Virus record (IMG/VR): IMGVR_UViG_3300010052_000007
Location: 1 to 30,886 of that record
Source of the DNA: a virus
Taxonomy: Duplodnaviria > Caudoviricetes
Strand: one strand, 5' to 3'
Length of the DNA stretch: 30,886 nt
In this document: one piece after another, positions 1-9,457 of the stretch
Numbering within the stretch: position 1 is the stretch's first letter
Layout of the letters: each line of letters begins with the position of its first letter
Translations under genes and position numbers: made by a program
The notes under the pieces: model-generated
The model's input: the letters and a program-made list of their open reading frames with translations, nothing else
What the model was told of the DNA's origin: nothing
Databases searched by the model: none

Positions 1-474
1 CGTCTTCATCAGGCGCCGGGCCTCGCGCTCACAGACGGTGATGTTCTGGACGATCTCGAAGTGCATCTCGTCCTTGCGGCCGTGGTAGTCGCCGCCCCAG
101 CGGATGACGCCGCGCATCTTGCGGAGCTTCGTGTGCAGGGCATCGACGGCAGTGCGTCGGCGGAAGATGCCGGTGCGGACCTTGCCGAGCGGGTGGGCCA
201 TGGCGTTGAGGTCCATCGCTGTGGCGCTGTAGTGGTTCGACGGGGTGATCGCGTTGCGGATCGCCCGGACGGCGTGGCCCCAGTCGTCGAGGACCCGACC
301 GAAGACGGGCTCGATCTTCTCGGCGTACCAGAGCGCGAGATAGGCGAGCAGGAACCCGGCGGACCCGTTGCGCAGGCGCAGGGTGAAGGTGCCGGTGCGC
401 GCGGGGATGACCCACGTGTAGAGGCGCTGGTCGCCGTACTCGAGGAGGGGCCAGCGGTTCTGCGAGGTGGTCAT
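1..474 (-). CDS. Endolysin, M15-family Zn peptidase domain (3' end runs off the window)
   Basis: Not in the ORF track; translated by hand from ATG at 474 (ATGA overlap with the upstream stop): MTTSQNRWPLLEY...DDWGHAVRAIR...SNHYSATAMDLN...IRWGGDYHGRKDEMHFEI. SxH-x6-D and DEMHFE are M15 peptidase motifs of actinophage lysins. Confidence 0.9.
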   Translation of the reverse strand, partial: MTTSQNRWPLLEYGDQRLYTWVIPARTGTFTLRLRNGSAGFLLAYLALWYAEKIEPVFGRVLDDWGHAVRAIRNAITPSNHYSATAMDLNAMAHPLGKVRTGIFRRRTAVDALHTKLRKMRGVIRWGGDYHGRKDEMHFEIVQNITVCEREARRLMKT

Positions 475-944
475 GACGGCGGCTCCTGGATCTCGGGGGT
501 GGTGGGGTCGGTCTGCTTGGCGATGGCCTCGACGCCGCGCCACATGGCGACGTTCTCGGCCTTGGTGGCGACGCGCTCGATCGCCGCCTGCTCGAGCGCA
601 TCGACCCGTCGTTCGACCGTGTCGAGGCGCTGGTCCTGCTGCTGCTGGCTCTCGATGAGGGTCGCGATGTGCTCGAGCGCCTTCTGGGTCTGCTGCTGGC
701 CGCGCTCGACGTTGTCCATCCGCACGCCGATCCCGGGCAGCGCGCTGCCGGGGATCTCGCGGCCGGTGATGGTGTCGTGCTGGGCCTCGCGCCCGATGAG
801 GCTGTCGCGGATCTGCACCCAGGTCCCGAGGCCGCGCTTGAACCGCGGTCGGATCCAGCGCAGGTAGCCGAGCAGCGCTCCCAGGACGGCCAACAGGCCG
901 AGGACGAGCGCGACGATGTCGTTGCTGCGGTCGATGTCGATCAC
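471..944 (-). CDS. Holin-like/lysis-associated membrane protein (N-terminal TM helix plus coiled coil), 157 aa
   Basis: GTG at 944 with GAGGAG RBS; IVALVLGLLAVLGALLGYL hydrophobic helix; directly upstream of and coupled to the endolysin. Confidence 0.65.
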   Translation of the reverse strand: MIDIDRSNDIVALVLGLLAVLGALLGYLRWIRPRFKRGLGTWVQIRDSLIGREAQHDTITGREIPGSALPGIGVRMDNVERGQQQTQKALEHIATLIESQQQQDQRLDTVERRVDALEQAAIERVATKAENVAMWRGVEAIAKQTDPTTPEIQEPPS

Positions 945-952
945 GCGGCTCC

Positions 953-2335
953 TCAGTCGATCGGGTAGGAGTAGGCGAACTGGACGCTGGTGGCTGCAGA
1001 ACCGGAGCGGTTGGTGACCGTGATCGAACCGTCGCTGCCGCGCAGCACGATCCCGGTGTCGTTGTTCGAGAGCCGCGCGATGTTCATGTTCAGCGACACC
1101 GGCCGAGTGCCAGCCGGGAGGCCGTTCGCTGCGGTCACGATGGTTGCGGTGGCGCCGGCTGCGATGTTGATGGTGACGTTGCCGTCCACGAACACAACAC
1201 CGCCGCGGACCCGGTAGCGCAGGGTGCCCGCGGTCCCGGAATGTGTGAGCGCAATCCAGCCGGTGTCGCCCGGGCTGCCAGCCGCTTTGGCGAGCGCCGA
1301 GGCGGCGAGCTCGGCCACGGAGTCGAGGGCGGACTGCTCGTCTTGAGCGGCCAGGCCCTTGGGGTTGGCCTGCAACTCCCCGGCGGCCCAGTCGAACTCG
1401 ACGTCGCCGAGGACGATGCTGGTGTTGCGCGAGAGACCGCGAGGGTCCGGCACTGAGCGCAGGGCCATGCCCTGGCCAGCGCGGACGAAGGCGAGGTCGG
1501 CTTCGCGGCCGCCGAGGTTGGTGACCTGGCCGGCGGAGAGCTTGAGGCCGTTGGTCCATCCGGCGCGGCCGGCGTTGGCCTCGTTCCACAGGCCGGTGGC
1601 GATCGCGACAGCCTCGGCTGGGAGCAGGGGGCCGCGGTCGAAGATCTCCTTGGGCTTCTCGACGGGCCGGGTAGGGGAGACGGACGGGTAGGAGGCGGTG
1701 TCACGTCGTCCGGTCGTCTTGTTGGTGTAGCGGACGAAGACGACGTCGACCCGCTCGGTGCCGGATACGCCGAGGACCCCGGAGCCGGGAGCGACGAGCC
1801 AGTTGATGGAGGTCTCGATGGCGGGGATGATGATGAGCCGGCGGCGGGAGTCGACGTGCCAGCTCTGGCCCGTCTTGGTGGCCCAGGCGTCGAGGACGGA
1901 CCGGACGGTGGTGAGCCCGGAGCCGGCCTCGCCGACGTCGGTGGTGCCGAAGTCCCCGACCCGGCGCCAGGACAGGGCGCCGCGGCTGATGGCGGCGTCG
2001 ATGACCTCGTTGGGCTTGGTCGAGGCGTTCATGGCCGGATCGAGGGCGAGGGCGGTCTCGGCGTCGCGGGAGGCTCCGACGGCGGCGATGGTGCCGGCGT
2101 CCCAGTCCGGCTCGACCAGGGTGCCGGCCCACAGGCACGTCGGGCCGCGCATGAGCTCGACGGGCGCCTTGTCACGCAGGGCGGGGTGGCGCCACCCGTT
2201 CTTGAAGATGATCCGGGCGGACAGGTCGACGTCGCCGTTGATGTCGCCGGAATGGCGCAGGCCGTCCCAGCGCACGATGCCGGACAGGAGGTAGCCGCCG
2301 ACCCGAAGCTCGGGGCGGAACCGGTTGCGTCGCAC
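953..2335 (-). CDS. Minor tail protein (hub/Tal-like with C-terminal receptor-binding-type beta domain), 460 aa
   Basis: Start placed at GTG 2335 with AGGAGG RBS, i.e. the C-terminal part of track ORF 953..4870. LWAGTLVEPDW hub-like segment; C-terminal DTGWIAL...LRYRVRGGVVFVDG...LPAGTRP is typical of tail-fibre tips. Confidence 0.8.
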   Translation of the reverse strand: MRRNRFRPELRVGGYLLSGIVRWDGLRHSGDINGDVDLSARIIFKNGWRHPALRDKAPVELMRGPTCLWAGTLVEPDWDAGTIAAVGASRDAETALALDPAMNASTKPNEVIDAAISRGALSWRRVGDFGTTDVGEAGSGLTTVRSVLDAWATKTGQSWHVDSRRRLIIIPAIETSINWLVAPGSGVLGVSGTERVDVVFVRYTNKTTGRRDTASYPSVSPTRPVEKPKEIFDRGPLLPAEAVAIATGLWNEANAGRAGWTNGLKLSAGQVTNLGGREADLAFVRAGQGMALRSVPDPRGLSRNTSIVLGDVEFDWAAGELQANPKGLAAQDEQSALDSVAELAASALAKAAGSPGDTGWIALTHSGTAGTLRYRVRGGVVFVDGNVTINIAAGATATIVTAANGLPAGTRPVSLNMNIARLSNNDTGIVLRGSDGSITVTNRSGSAATSVQFAYSYPID

Positions 2336-2346
2336 GACGGTTCCTC

Positions 2347-4824
2347 CTAGGCGCTCTCGTCGAGGACGGCGTCGAGGTAGCGCGGGTAGAACCAGAGCTC
2401 GGACTGCGCCTTGAGCGAGGTCGAGGTGACGGTGAAGACCTGGAGCGGGCCGGGGTCGGCGTAGTGCTGGTCGGCGGCGCCGAAGTCGGCGCCGATGGTC
2501 TTGAAGTCGACGCACACGGGGTTGGTCCCGAATGCGCCCGTTCCGCCGTAGACACTGGGCAGCTTGCCCAGCTCTGCGGGGCGGATCTCGATCCAGGTCA
2601 TGGAGTCGGCGTCGCGGACCCAGGTCAGGGAGCCCTCGGTGAGGTTGAAGAGCCAGAACTCGTCCCAGGACATGTTCGCGGTCCCGGTGATGGTGATCTC
2701 GACGAGCTGGCTGCCTTCGACCTCGACCGGCGGCAGGAGCATGGCGGCGAGGTTGATGGCCCGGTAGCCGCTGGTCACGGGGACCTCGATGGACCCGGAG
2801 TCGGTGACGCCGGAGCCGATGGTGGCCGCGCCGGTGGAGTCGACGATGCGGACCGTCCAGGTCAGGGTGCCGGCGGTGGTGATGTTGAGCCGGCCGACGA
2901 GGCCGTGCATCCCGTCGCGGAGCTTGGCCGCCTGAATCCGGAAGACCGCCGGGGCCGCAAGGGTGTTGCGGGCCCCGGAGATCATCGCCGTGTCGACGGT
3001 GGCGCCGCCGGAGGTCAGGAACGGGCGCAGCGGTGGCGCGAGGGCGGCGTTCTTCGTGCTGTAGACGATGATGTCGTTGCCCAGCGGGCCAGGGGTCGGG
3101 GTGGTGGAGTCGTAGGCGCGGATCGCGGCCTGGGTGGGAGCGGAGCCGAGGATGATCGCGGCGCGGGAGCGCTGACGGTTCGTGCTGCTCGACACGATCA
3201 GGTTGGTGTGGGTGACCTCGGCGACCGCGATCGATGCCGACGGCGTCGCGGGCTGCGCCGGTGCCGCGAGCGAGATGGACAGCCGGTCGAAGTCCGCGGC
3301 GGTGAAGTAGTAGTCGAGGTATCCGCTGACCAGGCTCGGCATGACCGCGATCGGGGTGATCGGACTCAGGCTGCCCAGGCCGCGCTTGAACGTCGGGTCG
3401 GTAGCCACGCCGGCCACGGAGGCGGCCACCGAGATCCGCAGGTAGGGCAGCGCACCCGGTGCGGCGGTGGCGCCGGTGCGTCGCAGCTCGAGCGATCGGG
3501 GGCCGTAGACACTGACCGGGGTGCCGGAGGCGATCACGCTTCCGCCGGCCGAGGTCGGGCTCGGCTTGGCGACCTCGACCGTGGTCGAGTTGAAGGGCGT
3601 GCCGGTCCATCCGCTGTAGCCGGTCGCACTGTTGGTGTTCGTCCCCATGAGGAAGGACCGAGCGCCGACGGCGACGGCCGGGACGCGCTCCAGCATGAAG
3701 TTGGATGTGTAGATCTTCTCCCCGGCGACCGGGGCGTAGGCGTGGACCAGCGCGAGGCGGATGCGGGTCGTTCCGGCGGGCACGGTGTAGTACCCATGGA
3801 TGGTCTTGTAGACCCAGCCGTTCGCGTCCGCGCCGCCAGCAATCGCCACCAGGCTGCCGATCTCGGTCTGCCCGCTGCTGGTCGCGCCGTTCCACTGGTC
3901 GACGACGAGCTTGATCGTGCTGCCGTCCTTGACCGCCCCGCCTCCGCCAGTAGCGGTGACGCGGACCGCGATCTCGTTGCGCAGGTAGATCCGGTCGCCG
4001 GGCGCGACGACGTGCGCGGAGGAGCCCTGGACGGCCTCGGCGAGCATGCGCCGGTTCGCGACGCCGGTGATGGGCCGCAGCTGGAACGCCGTGCCGAGGA
4101 TGTCGACCCACGTGTGGTCCATCGGCGGGGTCACCGAGGCGGCCTGCACTGCCACGACGTCGGTGCCGGGGTCGGCCGTCCACTGGCCGATGCCCTGGAC
4201 CGGGGAGGGGTTGAGGATCTCGTTGGTCCGCTGAACCGTGCCGAACCCGTAGGCGGTGGGGACGGTCCACCCGGAGGCGGAGTCGCAGGTGTCGATGACC
4301 GTCTTGGTCTCGCTCGCGGGCGGGACCGGCAGCGCCGGCACGGTGACCGGGTCCGGCGGGCGGGAGAACGGGTGCCGCGACATCGCGACCGTGAAGTAGC
4401 GGCACTCCTGGACCTCCTCGTCGAGGTCCCAGTCGTTGCCCTCGTCGCGCTCCGGGTCCGCGGCGTAGACGTCGTAGACACAGGTGGCGGCATCCTCGAG
4501 CGGAGAGACCCACACCAGCGGCGGGATCGGGTCCGCGGACGCGTTCGCCGCCAGCGCAGCGGCCGCCTTCGCAGCCGCCGGCCCGGCCGCCTTCCCCTCC
4601 GGCGCCGACACGCGAAGCTGCAGCACTGTCTCGGCGTTGTCGTGGCCGTTCATCACCGCGAGCGACCCGTCGACCTGCAGCGACTTCACGAACTCGACGA
4701 GCTGCTTCGCGGTGCCGAGCTTGGTGCCGTCGGCCATGGCCTCGATCACGAACTCCGCGTCCGGGTCGACCGTGTCGCCAGCGATGCGGATGTCGCCCCA
4801 CGTCAGCGAGTGCGGCTGGCTCAT
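2347..4824 (-). CDS. Minor tail protein (distal-tail-like, with inserted carbohydrate-binding-like domain), 825 aa
   Basis: First large gene after the tape measure; beta-rich T/G/V/A composition; internal RTNEILNPS...FMLE...WTGTPFNSTT segment resembles jelly-roll modules in actinophage tail proteins. Confidence 0.75.
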   Translation of the reverse strand: MSQPHSLTWGDIRIAGDTVDPDAEFVIEAMADGTKLGTAKQLVEFVKSLQVDGSLAVMNGHDNAETVLQLRVSAPEGKAAGPAAAKAAAALAANASADPIPPLVWVSPLEDAATCVYDVYAADPERDEGNDWDLDEEVQECRYFTVAMSRHPFSRPPDPVTVPALPVPPASETKTVIDTCDSASGWTVPTAYGFGTVQRTNEILNPSPVQGIGQWTADPGTDVVAVQAASVTPPMDHTWVDILGTAFQLRPITGVANRRMLAEAVQGSSAHVVAPGDRIYLRNEIAVRVTATGGGGAVKDGSTIKLVVDQWNGATSSGQTEIGSLVAIAGGADANGWVYKTIHGYYTVPAGTTRIRLALVHAYAPVAGEKIYTSNFMLERVPAVAVGARSFLMGTNTNSATGYSGWTGTPFNSTTVEVAKPSPTSAGGSVIASGTPVSVYGPRSLELRRTGATAAPGALPYLRISVAASVAGVATDPTFKRGLGSLSPITPIAVMPSLVSGYLDYYFTAADFDRLSISLAAPAQPATPSASIAVAEVTHTNLIVSSSTNRQRSRAAIILGSAPTQAAIRAYDSTTPTPGPLGNDIIVYSTKNAALAPPLRPFLTSGGATVDTAMISGARNTLAAPAVFRIQAAKLRDGMHGLVGRLNITTAGTLTWTVRIVDSTGAATIGSGVTDSGSIEVPVTSGYRAINLAAMLLPPVEVEGSQLVEITITGTANMSWDEFWLFNLTEGSLTWVRDADSMTWIEIRPAELGKLPSVYGGTGAFGTNPVCVDFKTIGADFGAADQHYADPGPLQVFTVTSTSLKAQSELWFYPRYLDAVLDESA

Positions 4825-5078
4825 GCAGTCTCCTCCGGCTCGGTCGGGATCTCGGGAGCGAGCAGCGCACGGTCGGCCTCGAGTCGTGCCTTCTCGGTCA
4901 GGCAGGCGGCGAGCTTCGCCTCCGCGGCCTCCAGGTCGGCACGGGCCTTGGCGATCCAGCCCTCCTGCAGCCCGATGCTGTTCGCGCCGCCGTCGAGTTC
5001 AGCGAGCCGCTGGTCGATCAGCGGCACGGTGGGGCTCACCGTCGCGTCGGCCGGGCCGGGTTCGATCTGCTCAGTCAC
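4821..5078 (-). CDS. Small acidic coiled-coil protein, 85 aa
   Basis: GTG at 5078 just after the TMP stop; ATGA overlap with the next gene; IAKARADLEAAEAKLAACLTEKARLEA heptad pattern. Confidence 0.7.
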   Translation of the reverse strand: MTEQIEPGPADATVSPTVPLIDQRLAELDGGANSIGLQEGWIAKARADLEAAEAKLAACLTEKARLEADRALLAPEIPTEPEETA

Positions 5079-5079
5079 G

Positions 5080-8000
5080 TCACTTCTTCCCGTTCCGGCC
5101 GCGGTGGCCCTTGGAGTTGCCGCGGTTGCGGTTGTCGCGGTCTTCCTTGTGCTCGGCCTTGATCGCGGCCTTGATCGCCTTGAGCTCGAGGTTGGCCGCA
5201 CGCAGCTCGCGGACCTGCGCCGCCAGCTCCTTGGCGTAGGTCGCCGCGGCCGCGTCGCCGGCCTTGGTGGCGTACTGCTCGCGGAGGTTGAACGCGGAGA
5301 CGAACTTGGCGAGGTCGGCGGCCGAGCGGTTCGCGAAGTCGGTCAGCGACTGGGCGTCCGGGGCCTCTCGCAGGAGCGCCTCGAGAGCGCCCTGGTTGAC
5401 GCCCTTGGACCGCAGCGCCTCGATGTCCTTGGCGAGCTGGGCGCCGTTGAGGTTGTCGCCGTTGAGGACGGCCATGACGTCGTCGAACGATCCGCCGGCC
5501 GACCACACGTCGTTGTTGGGGAACAGGTCCGATCGGACGCGGTCGCTCGCCGCGTCGCGGATCGAGTTCATCTTGTCGATGACGCGGTCGCGGGCCTCAG
5601 TCTCGTCATCGACGGCCTTCTCGGAGCGCTTGAGCGCCCGATTCAGGCCCTTGAGCGACTTGGGCAGCTCGTACTGGATGACCTCGATGGCCTTCATGCC
5701 GTCCGGCAGCCAGGTCGGGTTCTTCCCGCTGCCGGGCTGACCTAGCGGCGCGAGCGCCGAGGACCACGACGGATTGCGGCCGGCCGTGCCGCCACTGGCC
5801 AGGCCACGCGCCATCATCCGCTCGGCGACCTCGCGGCGTGACATGCCGCGGTTGATGTCCTTCAGCTCGGGTCGGAAGGTGTCCGCCTGGCCGTCGCGGT
5901 TGGAGGTGACCTCTTCCCCAGGGGCGAGCATGTACGGGTAGCGGTCGGCGTAGGGGCCGCCGTCCTTGGGGACGGTGGAGCCGTCGGCCGAGCCCTTGCC
6001 GCCGAAGATGGTCTGGATGCGGACCCAGGCGGTGCGCGCGGCGGTGATCGCGTCGAGCTGTGCCTTCGCTTCGGCGATGCCGGTGAGCGTCACGTGCGGG
6101 CGGGCGCCCTTGTTCGTGGTGCCCACGAGGCGGCCGTCGACAATCGAGATCTTCCCGATGAAGGGGTTGATGTTGGCATCGACGTTCGGCTTGGTGTCGG
6201 AGCCGTCGAGGTTGCCGAGGAGATCCTCGAGGCCGATGACCTGCTCGCGGGCCTTCTTGACGTCGCCGGTGTCGATGTCGATCTTCGTGGCCTTGAGCAG
6301 GTCGCGGAGAACGTCGCGCAAGTCCCGCGTGGCCTTCGTGGCTCCGCCGGCCTTCTCGACGGCCGCGTCGAAGTCGGCAAGAGCTCCCTTGAGGAACTTC
6401 ACCCGCTCGAGACCAGAGAGCTGCTCGGAATACTGCTCTGTTGCTGCGATCAGCTCGTGGAGATTGGTCAGGTTTTCGCGGCCCCACGCCAGGTCCGGGT
6501 TGAGCCCCTCGCCGTTCTGCTTGATCGACTCCGTGACGTTGTCGATCGCAGCCTGGTAGGCGATCCAGGCGGCCTGCTTGTCGACGACTGCGTTGAGGTT
6601 GGTGATGGCCTGCTGGAGCCGCTCGGTCTGGTGGGCGGCGGCTGCCGCCTTCTCGCCGGCGTTGCCGTAGCGCTCGGCGAGTGCGTCGAAGGCGATCTGG
6701 TCGGAGGCGGCGTCTTCGGCGTCGCGCAGGCTGCTGGCGAGCCGGCGGATCTTCTCCTCGTCCTTGCCGAACAGGAACCCGAAGTCGCCGGTGAAGACGC
6801 GCTCGAGGCCCTTGCCGACGTCGTCGAGGGCGTCGCCGATGCTGGAGATCTCGTTGCTGTCCTTGGCCTGCTCCTTGAGCCGGGCGAGCTCGTCGGCGGC
6901 CTTGCTGAACTGACCCTCGGAGATCTGCTTCTGGACCTTGTCGACGGTGTCGGAGAAGCCGACTGTGGCGTTGTCGAGGTCCATGATCCCGCCGGCGGCC
7001 GCGCCGACGGCGACGCCCCAGGGGCCGCCGAGGGTGCCAAGGAGGCCGAGAGAGACGGTGTTGGCGACGCCGAGGTTGTCCGCGAGCCCGGTGCCCGCGA
7101 GGGCCAGACCGGCGATGGGGGCGGCGCCCTTGGCGGCCTCTGCGGAGAAGGCGCGGACCTCCTTGCGGGCCGCGAGGGTCTGCTCGGAGGCGTGCTTGGA
7201 GGACTGGCCCAGGCGGTAGGCCACGGTGCCGAACTTCGACATCGAGGGGATGGCGGCCTTGGCATCGCGGGCGGCGGTCTTCGTGAACCCGAGCACGCCC
7301 TGCTGGGCCAGGCGCTGGGAGGCGGTCCCGCCGTAGAGCTTGGTCTGCAGGGCGGCGGCAGCCTGAAGGCCGCGAGAGTAGAGCGCGAGCGCGGCGACGC
7401 CGGCCAGGATCGGGGTGCCGAGGTCGCTGTCGGCGATCGCGGACACGGCGTCGCCGAAGACCTCGATGACCTTGAGCGAGGGCCCGCCGAGCGGGGCGAC
7501 GGCCTCGATGATCTGCAAGATCGCGTCCGCGAGCGCCCCTGCGGCGTCCGCGACCCGGGGGCCGTTGGTGTCAATGTAGTCGATGAACTCGCGGTAGCCG
7601 TTGGTGCCGGACAGCTCCTCGGACCACTTCGCGAAGTCGCGGGACTGCTCCAGCAGCCACTCGCCGAACTTGTCGTTGGTGGGGTCGAAGGCCATCCACA
7701 GCTCGGCGAGGCCCTTGGTGAGGTTGCCGAGGGTGCGGAAGAGGTCGTCGATGGCGTCGGGGGCGTTGTGCTCGACGAAGTCCCAGAACTCCTCCCACTC
7801 CGGGCCGGCGAGCTGGCTGGCGCCCTCGGCGATGAGGGACCCGCCGCGCTCCCCGATGGCCTGGGAGATGTCACCGAGCTTGGGGGCCAGCCGCTCAAGG
7901 TCGTCGAGGGCCTCGGTCAGGCCGGGGAACCAGCCCGCGGCAGCGGAGTCGCGCATCTCGCGCAGCACGGGACGGAGCTTCTGGAACTCGGTGACGAACT

Positions 8001-8481
8001 TGCGGGCGTCCGGGCCGATGTTGGCCATCGCCGCTTCGGCCTTCTCGAGGTTCGCGGCGGTCGGCTCCAGGCGGGCCGTCTCGACGGCCTTGAGGGCGTC
8101 GCCCACACCCTGCATCGCGCCGACGAACGAGACGCCTGCGATGGCGGCGAAGCCGAGCTGGGAGGCGAGCCCGGTCACGGCCGGCACCGCGATGCCAGCG
8201 ATCGGGACCGCCGAGGGACCGAGGATCGCCATGACGTCAGCGAGAATCCGCACCCGACCCGAGAGCCGGTCGATCTCCGGGCCCGACTTCCGGGCAGAGC
8301 GGCCGACGCCCTCGACTCCGTCGGAGACCTGCGGGAGGGTCTGCTTGACCCGCATACCCGAGCCGTCAACGTGGTCGAGCGTGCTGCCGAACACCGCGGC
8401 GGCGGTGGTCATCTTCGCCATCGTGGTGGTGAATCCGGCGTCCTCGGCGGAGACGCGGACCGACTCAAGGCGAACAGCCAT
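5080..8481 (-). CDS. Tape measure protein, 1133 aa
   Basis: Longest gene; Ala/Gly-rich and helical with hydrophobic stretches; C-terminal ADGSTVP..GGPYADRYPYMLAPGEEV motif typical of TMPs; GGAGG RBS; follows the tail chaperone. Confidence 0.95.
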   Translation of the reverse strand: MAVRLESVRVSAEDAGFTTTMAKMTTAAAVFGSTLDHVDGSGMRVKQTLPQVSDGVEGVGRSARKSGPEIDRLSGRVRILADVMAILGPSAVPIAGIAVPAVTGLASQLGFAAIAGVSFVGAMQGVGDALKAVETARLEPTAANLEKAEAAMANIGPDARKFVTEFQKLRPVLREMRDSAAAGWFPGLTEALDDLERLAPKLGDISQAIGERGGSLIAEGASQLAGPEWEEFWDFVEHNAPDAIDDLFRTLGNLTKGLAELWMAFDPTNDKFGEWLLEQSRDFAKWSEELSGTNGYREFIDYIDTNGPRVADAAGALADAILQIIEAVAPLGGPSLKVIEVFGDAVSAIADSDLGTPILAGVAALALYSRGLQAAAALQTKLYGGTASQRLAQQGVLGFTKTAARDAKAAIPSMSKFGTVAYRLGQSSKHASEQTLAARKEVRAFSAEAAKGAAPIAGLALAGTGLADNLGVANTVSLGLLGTLGGPWGVAVGAAAGGIMDLDNATVGFSDTVDKVQKQISEGQFSKAADELARLKEQAKDSNEISSIGDALDDVGKGLERVFTGDFGFLFGKDEEKIRRLASSLRDAEDAASDQIAFDALAERYGNAGEKAAAAAHQTERLQQAITNLNAVVDKQAAWIAYQAAIDNVTESIKQNGEGLNPDLAWGRENLTNLHELIAATEQYSEQLSGLERVKFLKGALADFDAAVEKAGGATKATRDLRDVLRDLLKATKIDIDTGDVKKAREQVIGLEDLLGNLDGSDTKPNVDANINPFIGKISIVDGRLVGTTNKGARPHVTLTGIAEAKAQLDAITAARTAWVRIQTIFGGKGSADGSTVPKDGGPYADRYPYMLAPGEEVTSNRDGQADTFRPELKDINRGMSRREVAERMMARGLASGGTAGRNPSWSSALAPLGQPGSGKNPTWLPDGMKAIEVIQYELPKSLKGLNRALKRSEKAVDDETEARDRVIDKMNSIRDAASDRVRSDLFPNNDVWSAGGSFDDVMAVLNGDNLNGAQLAKDIEALRSKGVNQGALEALLREAPDAQSLTDFANRSAADLAKFVSAFNLREQYATKAGDAAAATYAKELAAQVRELRAANLELKAIKAAIKAEHKEDRDNRNRGNSKGHRGRNGKK

Positions 8482-8542
8482 CTGGGCCCTCCATCGGATC
8501 GGGGTTGTCGGAGAAGGGGCACCAGAAGACGCGGTGGTCGAC

Positions 8543-8548
8543 TACGCT
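8543..8548 (+). promoter_or_regulatory. Putative -10 element (TACGCT) for a leaderless lipoprotein mRNA
   Basis: TANNNT hexamer ending 6 nt before ATG 8555, with no Shine-Dalgarno in between; typical actinobacterial leaderless geometry. Confidence 0.6.
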
Positions 8549-8554
8549 CCGGGC

Positions 8555-8971
8555 ATGATGAGGAAGGCTCTCGGGGCGCTGACGGGACTGCTGCTTGCCG
8601 TGTCGCTCGCCGCGTGCGGAGGCGACGAGGAGCCCGAGGTGTCGAGCGAGCCGGCGAGCACCGGGGCTCCCAGCGAGACGCCGACGGTCGTCCTCGACAT
8701 GCTCGATGCGTGCAGGCTGCTGGAGCAGCAGGTGTCGAAGTACAGCGACAGCGAAGCCGACCAGGAGCAGTTCGCCGCCTACCTGACAACCCTGGCGGGA
8801 TCATCCGACCCTGAGACGCGCGCCGCCCTCCTCAGGGTCGCTTCTGCGGCAGCCAACGAGTACGGAGGCGAGGGTGTCGACGATGTCCTCGACAGGCAGG
8901 GCGAGTACCTCGAAGCGCTCGACAACATGGCGGCCGAGTGCAAGGCCGTCGGGTCCTCAGCCCTGCAGTGA
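8555..8971 (+). CDS. Lipoprotein moron (candidate superinfection-exclusion protein), 138 aa
   Basis: MMRKALGALTGLLLAVSLAAC signal peptide with LAAC lipobox, S/T/P/E linker, acidic helical domain with two Cys; fills the gap between tail chaperone and TMP on the opposite strand. Confidence 0.85.
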   Translation: MMRKALGALTGLLLAVSLAACGGDEEPEVSSEPASTGAPSETPTVVLDMLDACRLLEQQVSKYSDSEADQEQFAAYLTTLAGSSDPETRAALLRVASAAANEYGGEGVDDVLDRQGEYLEALDNMAAECKAVGSSALQ

Positions 8972-9457
8972 CTCGCTGGGCTTCTCGTCGGGGGTCTTGC
9001 GGCCGCGGAACTGGACCATCACGTGGCGCCCATCGCCAGGGCGCTTGCGGGTGGGCGGGATCTTGTCCTCGTCGCCCATCGCCTTGAGGGCCTTCTTGTC
9101 GGCGGCGTGCTGGATGCGGTCGTTCTTGGCGACGCCGGCGCACACATTGCAGTGCTCGACCTCGATCGCGAAGTGGTTGTCCAGGTCCCCAGTCAGGGAC
9201 TTGTGGTAGCCGCAACCTGAGCAGACGCCGGCCTCGTAGATCCGCAGCTCGACCATCTTCGTGACCTCGGCCTCGGTCCACTCCGCCTCGCGGTGGATGA
9301 CCGTGTAGCCGGTGAGGTTGCCCTCGGCGTCGTAGTGCTCGTGGTGCTCGGCCGGTTCCCAGCCGTTGAGGCGCCGTTCGGAGACGCCGAGGTCGAAGGC
9401 TAGGCGTCTGCGCTCTCGGCCGAGAGGGTCGAGGGCGAGCCGCTCAGGGCTTTTGGG
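8957..9457 (-). CDS. Tail assembly chaperone, -1 frameshift extension (gpT part of gpGT)
   Basis: The -1 frame is open from the slippery site: PKSPERLALDPLGRERRRLAFDLGVSERRLNGWEP...REAEW...CSGC...CNVC, stop at 8957; no independent RBS/start seen. Confidence 0.85.
   Translation of the reverse strand, partial: PKSPERLALDPLGRERRRLAFDLGVSERRLNGWEPAEHHEHYDAEGNLTGYTVIHREAEWTEAEVTKMVELRIYEAGVCSGCGYHKSLTGDLDNHFAIEVEHCNVCAGVAKNDRIQHAADKKALKAMGDEDKIPPTRKRPGDGRHVMVQFRGRKTPDEKPSESLQG

Noticed and set aside
2336-4870. N-terminal ~845 aa of the 1305-aa track ORF 953..4870
   Set aside because: Arg/Pro-rich off-frame read of the 825-aa tail gene; the likely start is GTG 2335 with a strong RBS.
2464-8814. 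Very long plus-strand ORFs (2464..5745, 6094..8814 and the upstream part of 7601..8971)
   Set aside because: Antisense shadows of tail genes caused by high GC codon bias; no motifs or RBS. Only 8555-8971 is credible.
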